Assembly: GCA_000435515.1 (NCBI GenBank)
Contig: FR884179.1
Location: forward strand, 2,780 to 66,779
From: Firmicutes bacterium CAG:582
GTDB lineage: Bacteria; Bacillota_I; Bacilli_A; RF39; UBA660
Reading direction: 5' to 3'
Length of the DNA: 64,000 bases
Shown: positions 17,872-26,820 of the stretch, piece after piece
Layout of the letters: each line of letters starts with the position of its first letter
Position numbering within the stretch: position 1 is the first letter of the stretch
Notes under the pieces: generated by a model
What the model was told of the DNA's origin: nothing
Seen by the model: the letters and a program-made list of their open reading frames with translations, nothing else
Database searches by the model: none
Made by a program: the position numbers and the translations under genes

Positions 17872-18933
17872 ATATGTTTCATCTTCTAATTCTATTTCAA
17901 AATCATTATCAACTGTTGTATTAGTTCTTTTTCTTAACCTTTTAGCAATTTTTATCAATCTTGCATAAATTTTTTCATGAGTTTCCTCGTATTGTTGAAC
18001 TAACCATGCAATATCAATGCCATGAGTTAAGTTATATGCATAATCCATAAAAACATCTTGTGGTAATTCTTGATACATTAAATGCAAGAAATCATATGCT
18101 CGGTGTCTATTAATTGAATAAACATAATCTGATAACAAAATCTCCATTTCTTCAGGATTATTATAATTAACATAAAAGTCATACATAAAACTGTTTATAT
18201 AATCATTATCACCTGTATAGAAATAATATCTATTCAATCCATTTTCAAGATCAGTTTGTTCCTTAAAACAATCCATTAAAACTGAAGGAACAGCTTCGAC
18301 ATGTTCCATTCTTCTAAAAGCATTTTTACTAATAAACTTACCAGCATAGGCCTCAATTAAAACATTTATGTAAGAAATCAAGATATCACGCATACTTTTA
18401 CTTTTTACATTTTTTTCTACATAATCTCTTGCTTCACCATATAATCCTCTATCTAAATACGATTTAATATTATTAACTATTTTATTTATATTTAATCTGA
18501 TAAGACTAAAAATTATATAATCAGACTTTTCTGATAAACTGCCATAAATTATATGATCATGATACAAAATTGTTCTTACAGTAAAATAGTCATGTAGATA
18601 AATACTTTCACGAATAAAATCATCCATTTGCTTTCTATTTGAATTCTTTCTTACCTCTAAGTCACTGAATTTTATGGAAGAAGTATGTAAATCAATATCA
18701 AGGTAATCACTTAATAATATTAAATAAGTATAATAATCACTTTTATCAGAAATTACTTTTTCTAATTTTTCTAAATAAGTTAAAACTTTCCCAAATTCAC
18801 CTTTTTTAATATAATTAAGTATCAAAATATTCAATACATATTCAGTACTGTGTTCTTTTTCATATTCTTCTAATAGTTCTATACCTCTTTCCCTATCTTC
18901 AATCAAAATTTTTTTTATTGTTTCTAATTTCAT
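17845..18933 (-). CDS. hypothetical all-helical (repeat-like) protein
   Basis: Long ORF with no motif I recognise. The N-terminus looks TPR- or helical-repeat-like. Confidence 0.4.
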   Translation of the reverse strand: MKLETIKKILIEDRERGIELLEEYEKEHSTEYVLNILILNYIKKGEFGKVLTYLEKLEKVISDKSDYYTYLILLSDYLDIDLHTSSIKFSDLEVRKNSNRKQMDDFIRESIYLHDYFTVRTILYHDHIIYGSLSEKSDYIIFSLIRLNINKIVNNIKSYLDRGLYGEARDYVEKNVKSKSMRDILISYINVLIEAYAGKFISKNAFRRMEHVEAVPSVLMDCFKEQTDLENGLNRYYFYTGDNDYINSFMYDFYVNYNNPEEMEILLSDYVYSINRHRAYDFLHLMYQELPQDVFMDYAYNLTHGIDIAWLVQQYEETHEKIYARLIKIAKRLRKRTNTTVDNDFEIELEDETYKKIEKLLS

Positions 18934-18997
18934 TTTTGGTTCTCCTTCATAAATTTATATATAAATATCTTTCAAATGAAAAACAAGCCCGAGCTTG

Positions 18998-19666
18998 TTA
19001 ATCACGATCATTTAATTGCATTAAAAGATAAATCATTTCTAACATAGATGAAATTACAGCAGCTACATACGTAAATGCAGCACTATTTAAAACAGCATCT
19101 ACTCCAGATTTCTCACTATCACTAATCATTCCATCACTAAGTACAATTGATTTTGCTCTTTTAGAAGCATCAAACTCAACTGGCAAAGTAACAAGTTCAA
19201 ATAAAAGGCCTAAAAATGTAAAACCTATTGCTGCATATACATAATTTAAGTAACTTAAAAACAAACCGATAATCATCACTACATAAGCAATTTTTTGACC
19301 AATATTTATAATTGGAAATATCATACTTCTAATTTTAAACCAAGTATACCCCTCTTTATCTTGAATTGCATGTCCACATTCATGAGCCGCAATAGCAAGT
19401 GAAGAAATACTAGTTCCATGATATACATCCGTTGAAAGTCTAACAGTCTTTCTTCTAGGATCATAATGATCACTCATGGTACCCTTTGTTTCAACAACAT
19501 AGATTTCCCCTAGATTGTTTTCATCAAGAATACGCCTTGCAACATCAAACCCTGTTAACTTTTTTTCATTATCTATTTTTACATACTTTTTATAACTTAA
19601 ATTTACCTTAATTGATGCGTAAACTGGTATAATTAACATCAATAAAAATATAATCAATAATTCCAT
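18998..19666 (-). CDS. membrane zinc metallopeptidase (Zn_peptidase_2 / YugP-like)
   Basis: HExxH in AAHECGHAIQD, flanked by TM helices. MSDHYDPRRKTVRLS is typical of this family. Confidence 0.75.
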   Translation of the reverse strand: MELLIIFLLMLIIPVYASIKVNLSYKKYVKIDNEKKLTGFDVARRILDENNLGEIYVVETKGTMSDHYDPRRKTVRLSTDVYHGTSISSLAIAAHECGHAIQDKEGYTWFKIRSMIFPIINIGQKIAYVVMIIGLFLSYLNYVYAAIGFTFLGLLFELVTLPVEFDASKRAKSIVLSDGMISDSEKSGVDAVLNSAAFTYVAAVISSMLEMIYLLMQLNDRD

Positions 19667-19668
19667 AA

Positions 19669-21069
19669 CTAATCACCTATTATTTTATAAGTTGTACCTT
19701 CTCTTGTATCAATAAGTTCAATTCCACGATTATAAAGTTCATTTCTTATTGAATCAGCAAGTTCATAATCACGACTTTTCTTTGCTTCATTTCTTTTTTC
19801 TATAAGCTCTAATATTTCTGAATCATCTTTTAAAGAAGTTTCTTTAATTAAATTTACCGAAAATACTTTATCAAATTTCTTTATTAGTTCAAGTTTTGTA
19901 TGTCCATTAACTTGTTCATCCTTTAAAAGCTCATACATAACTGATATAGCATTAGCTGTATTTAAATCATTAGATATTTCATTTATGAACATATTGTTAT
20001 AATTACTGAACTCACCTTCATCCAAAATACCTTCATCTTTAATATTAGCAATTTTATTTCTAAGTTTTTTTAACGTAGCTTCAGCTTGATTTAAAGCATC
20101 ATACGTAAAAACTAATTGTTTTCTATAATGACTATTTAAACACATAAATCTAAAACTTAATGGATCATAACCTTTTTCTTGAAGTAATGATACAGTTAAA
20201 AATTCACCCTTGCTTTTACTCATCTTACCTGTTGAATCTAAAAGATGTTCATTATGAAACCAGTAATTACACCATTTATGTCCAAGATATGCTTCACTTT
20301 GAGCAATTTCATTTGTATGATGTGGAAATATATTATCAACTCCACCACCATGAATATCCAAATACTCTCCTAAATATTTAATTGAAATACCACTACATTC
20401 GATATGCCAACCAGGATAACCTTTTCCAAATGGAGAATCCCAAAGCATTTCATGATTTTCAAACTTAGATGTTGTGAACCATAAAACAAAATCTGCTTGG
20501 TTACGTTTTTTTTCATCAACACTTACAGTTTCTCTTATTCCAACTTTATTACCATCAGCATTCATATTCGAAAGTTCATAATAGTTTTTGCAAGAAGAAA
20601 CATCAAAATAGATATTACCACCACTCTTATAAGCGATATCTTTTTTAAGTAAATCCTCAATTATTTTAATATACATATCTATATTTTCTGTAGCTTTCGA
20701 AACTATTTCTGGCATTTTACAATTTAAACTCTCAAAATCTTTAAAGAAAGCCTTTGTATAAAAATCAGCAATTTCATAAGCTGTTTTTCCTTCTCTTTTA
20801 CGAGCAACTTCCATTTTATCTTCACCAGTATCAGCATCACTTGTAAGATGACCAACATCAGTTATATTCATTGCTCTTTTAACATTATATCCTAAATATA
20901 AAAGAGTTTTTTCTAAAATATCGTGTCCAATGTAGTTACGCATATTACCAATATGTGCATAATGATATACCGTTGGTCCACATGTATACATATTAACAAT
21001 ATTTTCTTTATAAGGAACAAATTCCTCAATTTTTTTTGTTAATGTATTATAAAATTTCACATTTATCAC
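19669..21069 (-). CDS. cysS: cysteine--tRNA ligase
   Basis: Class I signatures HIGNMRNY (HIGH) and KMSKSKG (KMSKS). Full-length CysRS-like. Confidence 0.95.
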   Translation of the reverse strand: MINVKFYNTLTKKIEEFVPYKENIVNMYTCGPTVYHYAHIGNMRNYIGHDILEKTLLYLGYNVKRAMNITDVGHLTSDADTGEDKMEVARKREGKTAYEIADFYTKAFFKDFESLNCKMPEIVSKATENIDMYIKIIEDLLKKDIAYKSGGNIYFDVSSCKNYYELSNMNADGNKVGIRETVSVDEKKRNQADFVLWFTTSKFENHEMLWDSPFGKGYPGWHIECSGISIKYLGEYLDIHGGGVDNIFPHHTNEIAQSEAYLGHKWCNYWFHNEHLLDSTGKMSKSKGEFLTVSLLQEKGYDPLSFRFMCLNSHYRKQLVFTYDALNQAEATLKKLRNKIANIKDEGILDEGEFSNYNNMFINEISNDLNTANAISVMYELLKDEQVNGHTKLELIKKFDKVFSVNLIKETSLKDDSEILELIEKRNEAKKSRDYELADSIRNELYNRGIELIDTREGTTYKIIGD

Positions 21070-21113
21070 CTACTAAAAATTATTATACTAATTTATGAAG
21101 TGCAAAGCAACTA

Positions 21114-21938
21114 TTAACATAAATTGTTTGCCTTTACATACTCGCTTATCGAGCTTCCACTTATAAGCACAAGTTCATTCATCTCTTTATTTCCTTTATA
21201 ACTAAGTTCATAATTACCAAGTACAAGTAAATCTTTACTATCCTTTGAATTACATAAAGGGGAACCCGTCGTATCACCAAAGTTACTTGAAAGAATAAGT
21301 TTTCCATCATAAATTCGTGATACCTCTAAATTAATTGAATCCGTATTAAAAGAAACTTTCTCTAAAGACATTCCACTTAATGAATTAACACCTGTTAAAT
21401 TAACAATTATTTTACCATCTTCATTTATTCCAATTAAACGATTTTGTCTAGGTAAATTATTCTTTAAAAACAAAAACAATATATTATCAACTATAGAAAC
21501 CCTAGGTTCTAGCCTATCACATTCTCCAATATTAACATTATTAACAAGAATTTGATTTTTTCCATTTCCAGAAACCACATTTATTTTGAACTTATTTAAA
21601 CTATAAGAAAATTCAGTTGAGATATCATTTAAACTTATATCGATTACATTAAAATAATACTTATTTTTCTTTTCTGATGTAGTCTTTGTAGGAATATTTG
21701 CTATAACTTTTTTATTTGGTATATAAATATATACAATGAAAAATAGAAAAGCAGCAATAATTATAAGAATAATAGTTATAAATATAGCCGTTGATGGATC
21801 ATGCTCTTCACGATGTTTTTCATGGGTGTTTTCACACATGAAATCACCACTCGGCTTCACATCATTACTATCTTGTTCATCAACTTTAATAACTTTTGCT
21901 ACCCTGTTAATTTGGGGAATTTTATCATCATCCATCAT
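21114..21938 (-). CDS. hypothetical bitopic membrane protein
   Basis: Single TM (AIFITIILIIIAAFLFFIVYIYI) with an extracytoplasmic beta-rich domain. No recognised motif. Confidence 0.4.
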   Translation of the reverse strand: MMDDDKIPQINRVAKVIKVDEQDSNDVKPSGDFMCENTHEKHREEHDPSTAIFITIILIIIAAFLFFIVYIYIPNKKVIANIPTKTTSEKKNKYYFNVIDISLNDISTEFSYSLNKFKINVVSGNGKNQILVNNVNIGECDRLEPRVSIVDNILFLFLKNNLPRQNRLIGINEDGKIIVNLTGVNSLSGMSLEKVSFNTDSINLEVSRIYDGKLILSSNFGDTTGSPLCNSKDSKDLLVLGNYELSYKGNKEMNELVLISGSSISEYVKANNLC

Positions 21939-21981
21939 ATTTGAACCCTCTTTATAATTAAATTATACCATAAATATTTAA

Positions 21982-23802
21982 TTATGCCTTTGTTTTTATC
22001 TTATCAGTGTCTAGTTCATTGTCTAATAAAGATTCATCATTTTTATTATAGCCAACACACACCTCTCTTTTCTTTTTATCAAAAATTAAAAGAGAACTAT
22101 TAAAAACCACTTTATCACCCTTATTATCATATATATAACTTTTATCAATTATTGATTTAAATAAAGATATAACTTTCGGTGATGCTACTTCAATATTCTT
22201 TAAATAAATAAGCGTATATGGTTTATATTTTATCTTACTTATTATATTTGTATCATTATATCCGATATATCCTGGATCACTTCCAATAATTCTATTTATT
22301 GAAGTATCGGATATAAAATCTTTCATATCAAGTTCCAAGTAATTATATTTTAGTCTAGCAACTAAAAAATCAACCAATTCTTTTTTATTTTCTTTATTTT
22401 CTCCTAATAAAGTAAAGGTACTGGCCCTTCTAGCTTCACTTATATTCTTCAATACTTCTTCTAACCCACTAAATCCAAATCTTTCTTTTATTTCATGATT
22501 TATCTTCAATGCTTCATCTAAAGTAATAATTTTTATACCTGTCATACTTTCAACAGTTGTTTCAATGTCACTTAAATTCACACTTACTTTTTTCATAGTT
22601 TTTTTCTTAGTAAGATAAGCGTTTTTATAATCCTTATTTTTTAAATACAAATCTTCTTGACTACTTAAAAATTCATTTGAACAATTAATATTAACACGGG
22701 ATAAAACCGTATCTAAAAGATCTAAAGACTTATCAGGATTATGATTTATATACATATATTTATTAGCAAGATGTACAATATTTTTAATATTATCATCACT
22801 TATTTTAACATTATGATATGCCTCATACGAATTTTTTACACCTAAAAGTATTTGAATAGTTTCACTTTCAGTTGGTTCACTTACCATAACACTTTGAAAT
22901 CTTCTAGATAAAGCTTTATCCGGAGCAATAAACTTTTCATATTCCATAGTTGTTGTTGCACCAATTATTTTTATTTTATCATTAGCAAGATATGGTTTTA
23001 AAATGTTAGCAGCATCAATACTGCCTTCACCTCCACCAGTTTTAACGATAGTATGAATTTCATCAATAAATAATATTATATTTTTGCTTTTCTTAATCTC
23101 TTTAATAATATTATTAAGTCTTGTTTCAAACTCTCCACGATATTTTGTATTAGAAAGCATACTTGCCATATCAACAGAAATAATTTTTTTACCCCTCAAT
23201 TTTTCTGGTACTAAAGACGCATCAATTCTTCTAGCAAGTTCTTCAACTATGGCAGACTTGCCTACACCAGCTTCACCGATTAAAATAGGATTATTCTTAT
23301 TTTTTCTTAAAAGTATTTCAATAATTGAATTTATTTCCTTATCTCTTCCAATAAGTTTATTTGTTCCCACCAATTTTTCACCAATTTCATTTAATTCGCA
23401 ATAATCATCACTTGTTAACTCTTTATATAAACCATCAATATCGATATCAAGACCTAAAAGAAGCCTTAAAGCAATTCCATCATCACTTGTTAATAATATT
23501 CCTAATATTTCTTTTTCACTTATCTTTTTTTCTCTTGTAGCATCATCTATAACTTGACGAAGTAAAGGTGTATACAAAATAACTTCGCTTTTCTTACTAG
23601 CTTTTCCAACTACATTAATAAGCTCATTTTTTAAAATCTCATACGTCAAATTATATTTTTTAGTAATTTCACTTACACTCGCACACTTAAGCAAGCTTAA
23701 AAGCAAATGTTCAGTTCCTACATAAGGATGATTTAAACTCATACACTCCTTTTCTGCATTTTTCAATATTTTTTTTACTTCATAACTAAAATTATTATTC
23801 AT
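21982..23802 (-). CDS. ClpC/ClpB-like AAA+ protein with an intact D1 and a degenerate D2 domain
   Basis: Clp_N repeats (YVGTEHLLLSLLK...). D1 has Walker A GEAGVGKSAIVEELA and Walker B ILFIDEIH. The D2-equivalent has GENKENKK and YLKNIEVA in place of GPTGVGKT and LLDEIEKA. 606 aa. Confidence 0.75.
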   Translation of the reverse strand: MNNNFSYEVKKILKNAEKECMSLNHPYVGTEHLLLSLLKCASVSEITKKYNLTYEILKNELINVVGKASKKSEVILYTPLLRQVIDDATREKKISEKEILGILLTSDDGIALRLLLGLDIDIDGLYKELTSDDYCELNEIGEKLVGTNKLIGRDKEINSIIEILLRKNKNNPILIGEAGVGKSAIVEELARRIDASLVPEKLRGKKIISVDMASMLSNTKYRGEFETRLNNIIKEIKKSKNIILFIDEIHTIVKTGGGEGSIDAANILKPYLANDKIKIIGATTTMEYEKFIAPDKALSRRFQSVMVSEPTESETIQILLGVKNSYEAYHNVKISDDNIKNIVHLANKYMYINHNPDKSLDLLDTVLSRVNINCSNEFLSSQEDLYLKNKDYKNAYLTKKKTMKKVSVNLSDIETTVESMTGIKIITLDEALKINHEIKERFGFSGLEEVLKNISEARRASTFTLLGENKENKKELVDFLVARLKYNYLELDMKDFISDTSINRIIGSDPGYIGYNDTNIISKIKYKPYTLIYLKNIEVASPKVISLFKSIIDKSYIYDNKGDKVVFNSSLLIFDKKKREVCVGYNKNDESLLDNELDTDKIKTKA

Positions 23803-23846
23803 AAAAAAAATCCTCCTATTAATTATATGAGGAAATTTTTACATTA

Positions 23847-24578
23847 TTATACATATCTATCTTCAAGTTTTAATCTATCTGCTAAAGTTACAATGAATTC
23901 TCCATTAGTAGGTTTTGACTTATCACAATCAACAGAATTTCCAAATAACTCCTCCATATAGTCATAATCACCTCTACTCCAAGATATTTCAATTGCATGT
24001 CTTATTGCTCTTTCAACTCTTGAAGACGTTGTTTCATAACTTCTAGCAAGTCTTGGATATAACTCTTTTGTTATTGCTCCCATCATCGATGTATCATTAT
24101 ACATCATTTCGATTCCATCTCTTATATAAGAATATCCTTTTAAATTAGAAGGTATTCCTAAATTATGTAACATATCTGTTATTTTTAATTTTATAGTATT
24201 ATTACTTTTATTTTCTTTAAAATATATTGATGCAATAACTCTTTCAAGTTCACTGCAAGAATAAGGTTTCTTTAAGAAATAATTTGGTTGATATGAATTT
24301 ATTTGCATCATCATATCTGGACTCACATATTCACTTGTAATAATAACTTTTCTATTTATACCTAGTTCTTTCATCTTTGAAAGAATTAAACTACATAAAC
24401 ATCCACTTAGTAATAGATTGATAACTAAAACATCATAATCTTCAGTTATTGAAGACATTGCTTCATCCCTATTACTGATTGCTTTTACCACATTGACACT
24501 ACTAGAACTACTGAAATACTCCTCTACTGCATTTATATGATTAACATCTTCGTCAATCAACATTACACGTATCGCCAT
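23847..24578 (-). CDS. spo0A: sporulation master regulator Spo0A (atypical receiver domain)
   Basis: The C-terminal Spo0A DNA-binding domain is unmistakable: ITKELYPRLARSYETTSSRVERAIRHAIEISWSRGD. The N-terminal receiver has DVLVIN where the family has DVLVLD. Confidence 0.9.
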   Translation of the reverse strand: MAIRVMLIDEDVNHINAVEEYFSSSSSVNVVKAISNRDEAMSSITEDYDVLVINLLLSGCLCSLILSKMKELGINRKVIITSEYVSPDMMMQINSYQPNYFLKKPYSCSELERVIASIYFKENKSNNTIKLKITDMLHNLGIPSNLKGYSYIRDGIEMMYNDTSMMGAITKELYPRLARSYETTSSRVERAIRHAIEISWSRGDYDYMEELFGNSVDCDKSKPTNGEFIVTLADRLKLEDRYV

Positions 24579-24656
24579 AATATCTCCTTTTTCTAATAAT
24601 TATTCAACTGCTAGACTCATTATAGTATAAATAGATGTAAAGATAAAGAGTAAAAT

Positions 24657-24731
24657 ATGTCAATTTACGTCAACTATTGTCACATTATGTCGAACATAAA
24701 AAAATTGACACATTTTGTACTATTGTGTCAA
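24657..24731 (+). promoter_or_regulatory. array of 0A-box-like heptamers upstream of spo0A
   Basis: TGTCAAT (24657), CGTCAAC (24667), TGTCACA (24677) and TGTCGAA (24687) fall at exact 10-bp spacing. An inverted TGTCAAT lies at 24703-24709 and a direct TGTCAAT at 24725-24731. Confidence 0.5.
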
Positions 24732-25910
24732 TATTTCTATTGCTTTTTGAAGTTGATTATCCGTATCATCACAAGGATTTTTAGCATACTTTTTATCAAG
24801 AGTAACATATACACCAGGAGTAATTCCTATCTCATCTATTGAATTACCTAAAGGAGTATACCATTTAGCTGTTGTATATTTAAGCATTGTATTTTTTGTC
24901 AACCTATAAGTATTTTGTACTTTACCTTTTCCATAGGAAGTTGTTCCAACAACTATTGCTCCATAACTTTCTTTTAAAGATGAAGCTAATATCTCTGAAG
25001 CTGAAGCTGTTTTTCTATCGATTAAAACAACTACATCTTTGTCATACTCTTCTTTAGTTGTATCATAATAAGTTTGCTTTTTATTCTTTTCTTCTAAAGA
25101 ATAAAGAACATGTCCCTTTTTTAAAAACATATTTAATATATCAGTTACGCTGGTTAAATACCCACCAGTATTACTTCTTACATCAAATATAAGAGAATCA
25201 ATTTTTTCATTATCCAATTCTTTTAAAGCCGTTTTAACTTGACTAGCTGAATTTTCTGTAAAACTTGATAAATAAATATATCCAATTTTTTTACCATTTT
25301 TAGTAAAAACTTTTCTAGTAACAACTGGTTTTTCAATTGTTTTTATAGCTACTTTAAAATTCTTTTCTTCGTCATCACGTTTTACACTTATGTTTATTTC
25401 TTTTTTATCTTTAACTAAACTTAATACAGTTTCAATTGATGATGATGCATCTATTTTAGTATCATCAATTTTAACAATTATATCTCCACTTTTTAAACCT
25501 GCTACACCTGCAGGTGTATTTTCATAAACATTAACGATTTTAATTTTCTCATCAATCTTGCTTATTTCAATTCCAATTCCCTCGTAACTTCCCTCAAGTT
25601 TACTATCAAGATTAGTTGTTTCATCTGCCTTAAGATAACTTGAATATTTTTCATTCAAATAACTCATCATTCCATCAATTGCAGCACTTTCTAGTTCATC
25701 TTTATTAAATGACTTATAATATTCATTTTTTATTTTATCATAAGTTGCTTCTACCTTTAAAAGACTAGTATTTCCAACTATTTTAAATACAACAAATCCA
25801 ACAACCGAGCTAATTACTAAACTAACTACTAAAGTTACAATTAAAAGTTCTGAAAAACTATAACTAACATGTCTTTTTTTTATTTTAAATATCTTCTTGA
25901 TCTTTCTCAT
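24720..25910 (-). CDS. S41 family carboxy-terminal processing protease with PDZ domain (CtpA/CtpB-like)
   Basis: PDZ domain (TPAGVAGLKSGDIIVKID). S41 motifs DVRSNTGGY, TASASEILASSLKE and GKGKVQ. N-terminal TM anchor. Confidence 0.85.
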   Translation of the reverse strand: MRKIKKIFKIKKRHVSYSFSELLIVTLVVSLVISSVVGFVVFKIVGNTSLLKVEATYDKIKNEYYKSFNKDELESAAIDGMMSYLNEKYSSYLKADETTNLDSKLEGSYEGIGIEISKIDEKIKIVNVYENTPAGVAGLKSGDIIVKIDDTKIDASSSIETVLSLVKDKKEINISVKRDDEEKNFKVAIKTIEKPVVTRKVFTKNGKKIGYIYLSSFTENSASQVKTALKELDNEKIDSLIFDVRSNTGGYLTSVTDILNMFLKKGHVLYSLEEKNKKQTYYDTTKEEYDKDVVVLIDRKTASASEILASSLKESYGAIVVGTTSYGKGKVQNTYRLTKNTMLKYTTAKWYTPLGNSIDEIGITPGVYVTLDKKYAKNPCDDTDNQLQKAIEILTQ

Positions 25911-25935
25911 TTTGCCTCCAAAAAAAGACTTAAAA

Positions 25936-26469
25936 TTAAGCCTTACTAGATAATTCTTTTATGATTTCATCAATATTAGTTGTATAACTTACAATTTTTT
26001 TGCTTTTTACTTTTATTAAAGTCGGCTTAGTTAGCATTAAATCTTTAACATCTTTAACACTTACTTTTTCCTCACCAGCTACATTGTAATGATTTTTATT
26101 AACTGCTTCATCTAAGTTAACATAAAATATATCACTTTTAGTACTGCTTACTAAACTTGAATAAATTGAAGCTGACTTAGTATCCTCAGCATTATAAGCA
26201 AGAACATAATATTCATTCTTTTCACTTTTTAAAATATCATCAAGAGTAATAAGTTTAGTATTTATACTAACTGCATTTGTAGTGCTATCTTGAAATTCAT
26301 CTTTTGTTACATATTTACCATTTATAAAGAAAAGCAATCCAATAAATAGGGCTACAATAAGTAATACAACTAAAAAGCTAATAACTTTCTTTACATCATC
26401 ATTCATATATTTAGATTTTTTAATTTCTTTTGTTTCAAATCTTTTTGTTTCCTTTTTCATCCTAACCAC
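25936..26469 (-). CDS. hypothetical membrane-anchored protein
   Basis: One TM followed by a ~120-aa domain. No recognised motif. Confidence 0.4.
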   Translation of the reverse strand: MVRMKKETKRFETKEIKKSKYMNDDVKKVISFLVVLLIVALFIGLLFFINGKYVTKDEFQDSTTNAVSINTKLITLDDILKSEKNEYYVLAYNAEDTKSASIYSSLVSSTKSDIFYVNLDEAVNKNHYNVAGEEKVSVKDVKDLMLTKPTLIKVKSKKIVSYTTNIDEIIKELSSKA

Positions 26470-26529
26470 CTACTAAATATTTTATCACAAAATATATGTT
26501 TTATATATAAAAATATTAAAAAAATGGCT

Positions 26530-26700
26530 TTATTCAGCCACTTTAATCTCCTCAATATCATTTTCTAAAATAAAAGTTAGTTCTTTCTGCATTTTTTTTA
26601 TTGCTTCCTCGTTTTGTTTTATTTCTTCTTTTAAGATTTCATTTCTTGATTCAAATGCACTTAATAAAGCATTAATATCTTTTACTTTTTCGTCTTCCAT
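26530..26700 (-). CDS. 56-aa coiled-coil protein, unknown function (self-contained gene)
   Basis: Absent from the ORF track. TTGTAT-17-TATAAT promoter (26725-26753), GAGGTG SD, MEDEKVKDINALLSAFESRNEILKEEIKQNEEAIKKMQKELTFILENDIEEIKVAE, then a hairpin UGGCU-GAAUAA-AGCCA plus U7 overlapping the stop. Confidence 0.55.
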   Translation of the reverse strand: MEDEKVKDINALLSAFESRNEILKEEIKQNEEAIKKMQKELTFILENDIEEIKVAE

Positions 26701-26820
26701 AACTGCACCTCATTACAAGTGTTTATTATACTAAAATAGAATTCTTAATACAATCTTTTTATTTAATTATTTTAAATTTTTAACCAGAAAAAATGGCCAA
26801 TAAGCCACTTTTATCATCAT

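Noticed and set aside
23803-23846. Hairpin UCCUC-N13-GAGGA plus a U-run between spo0A and the Clp-like gene, considered as a terminator or SD-sequestering switch
   Set aside because: It has only 5 bp with a 13-nt loop. The U-run is simply the spacer between the SD and the ATG. This is too weak to call.
24657-24842. 61-aa + strand ORF overlapping the spo0A upstream region and the end of the S41 protease gene
   Set aside because: It has no SD and overlaps a confident gene. The region is better explained by the 0A-box-like array.
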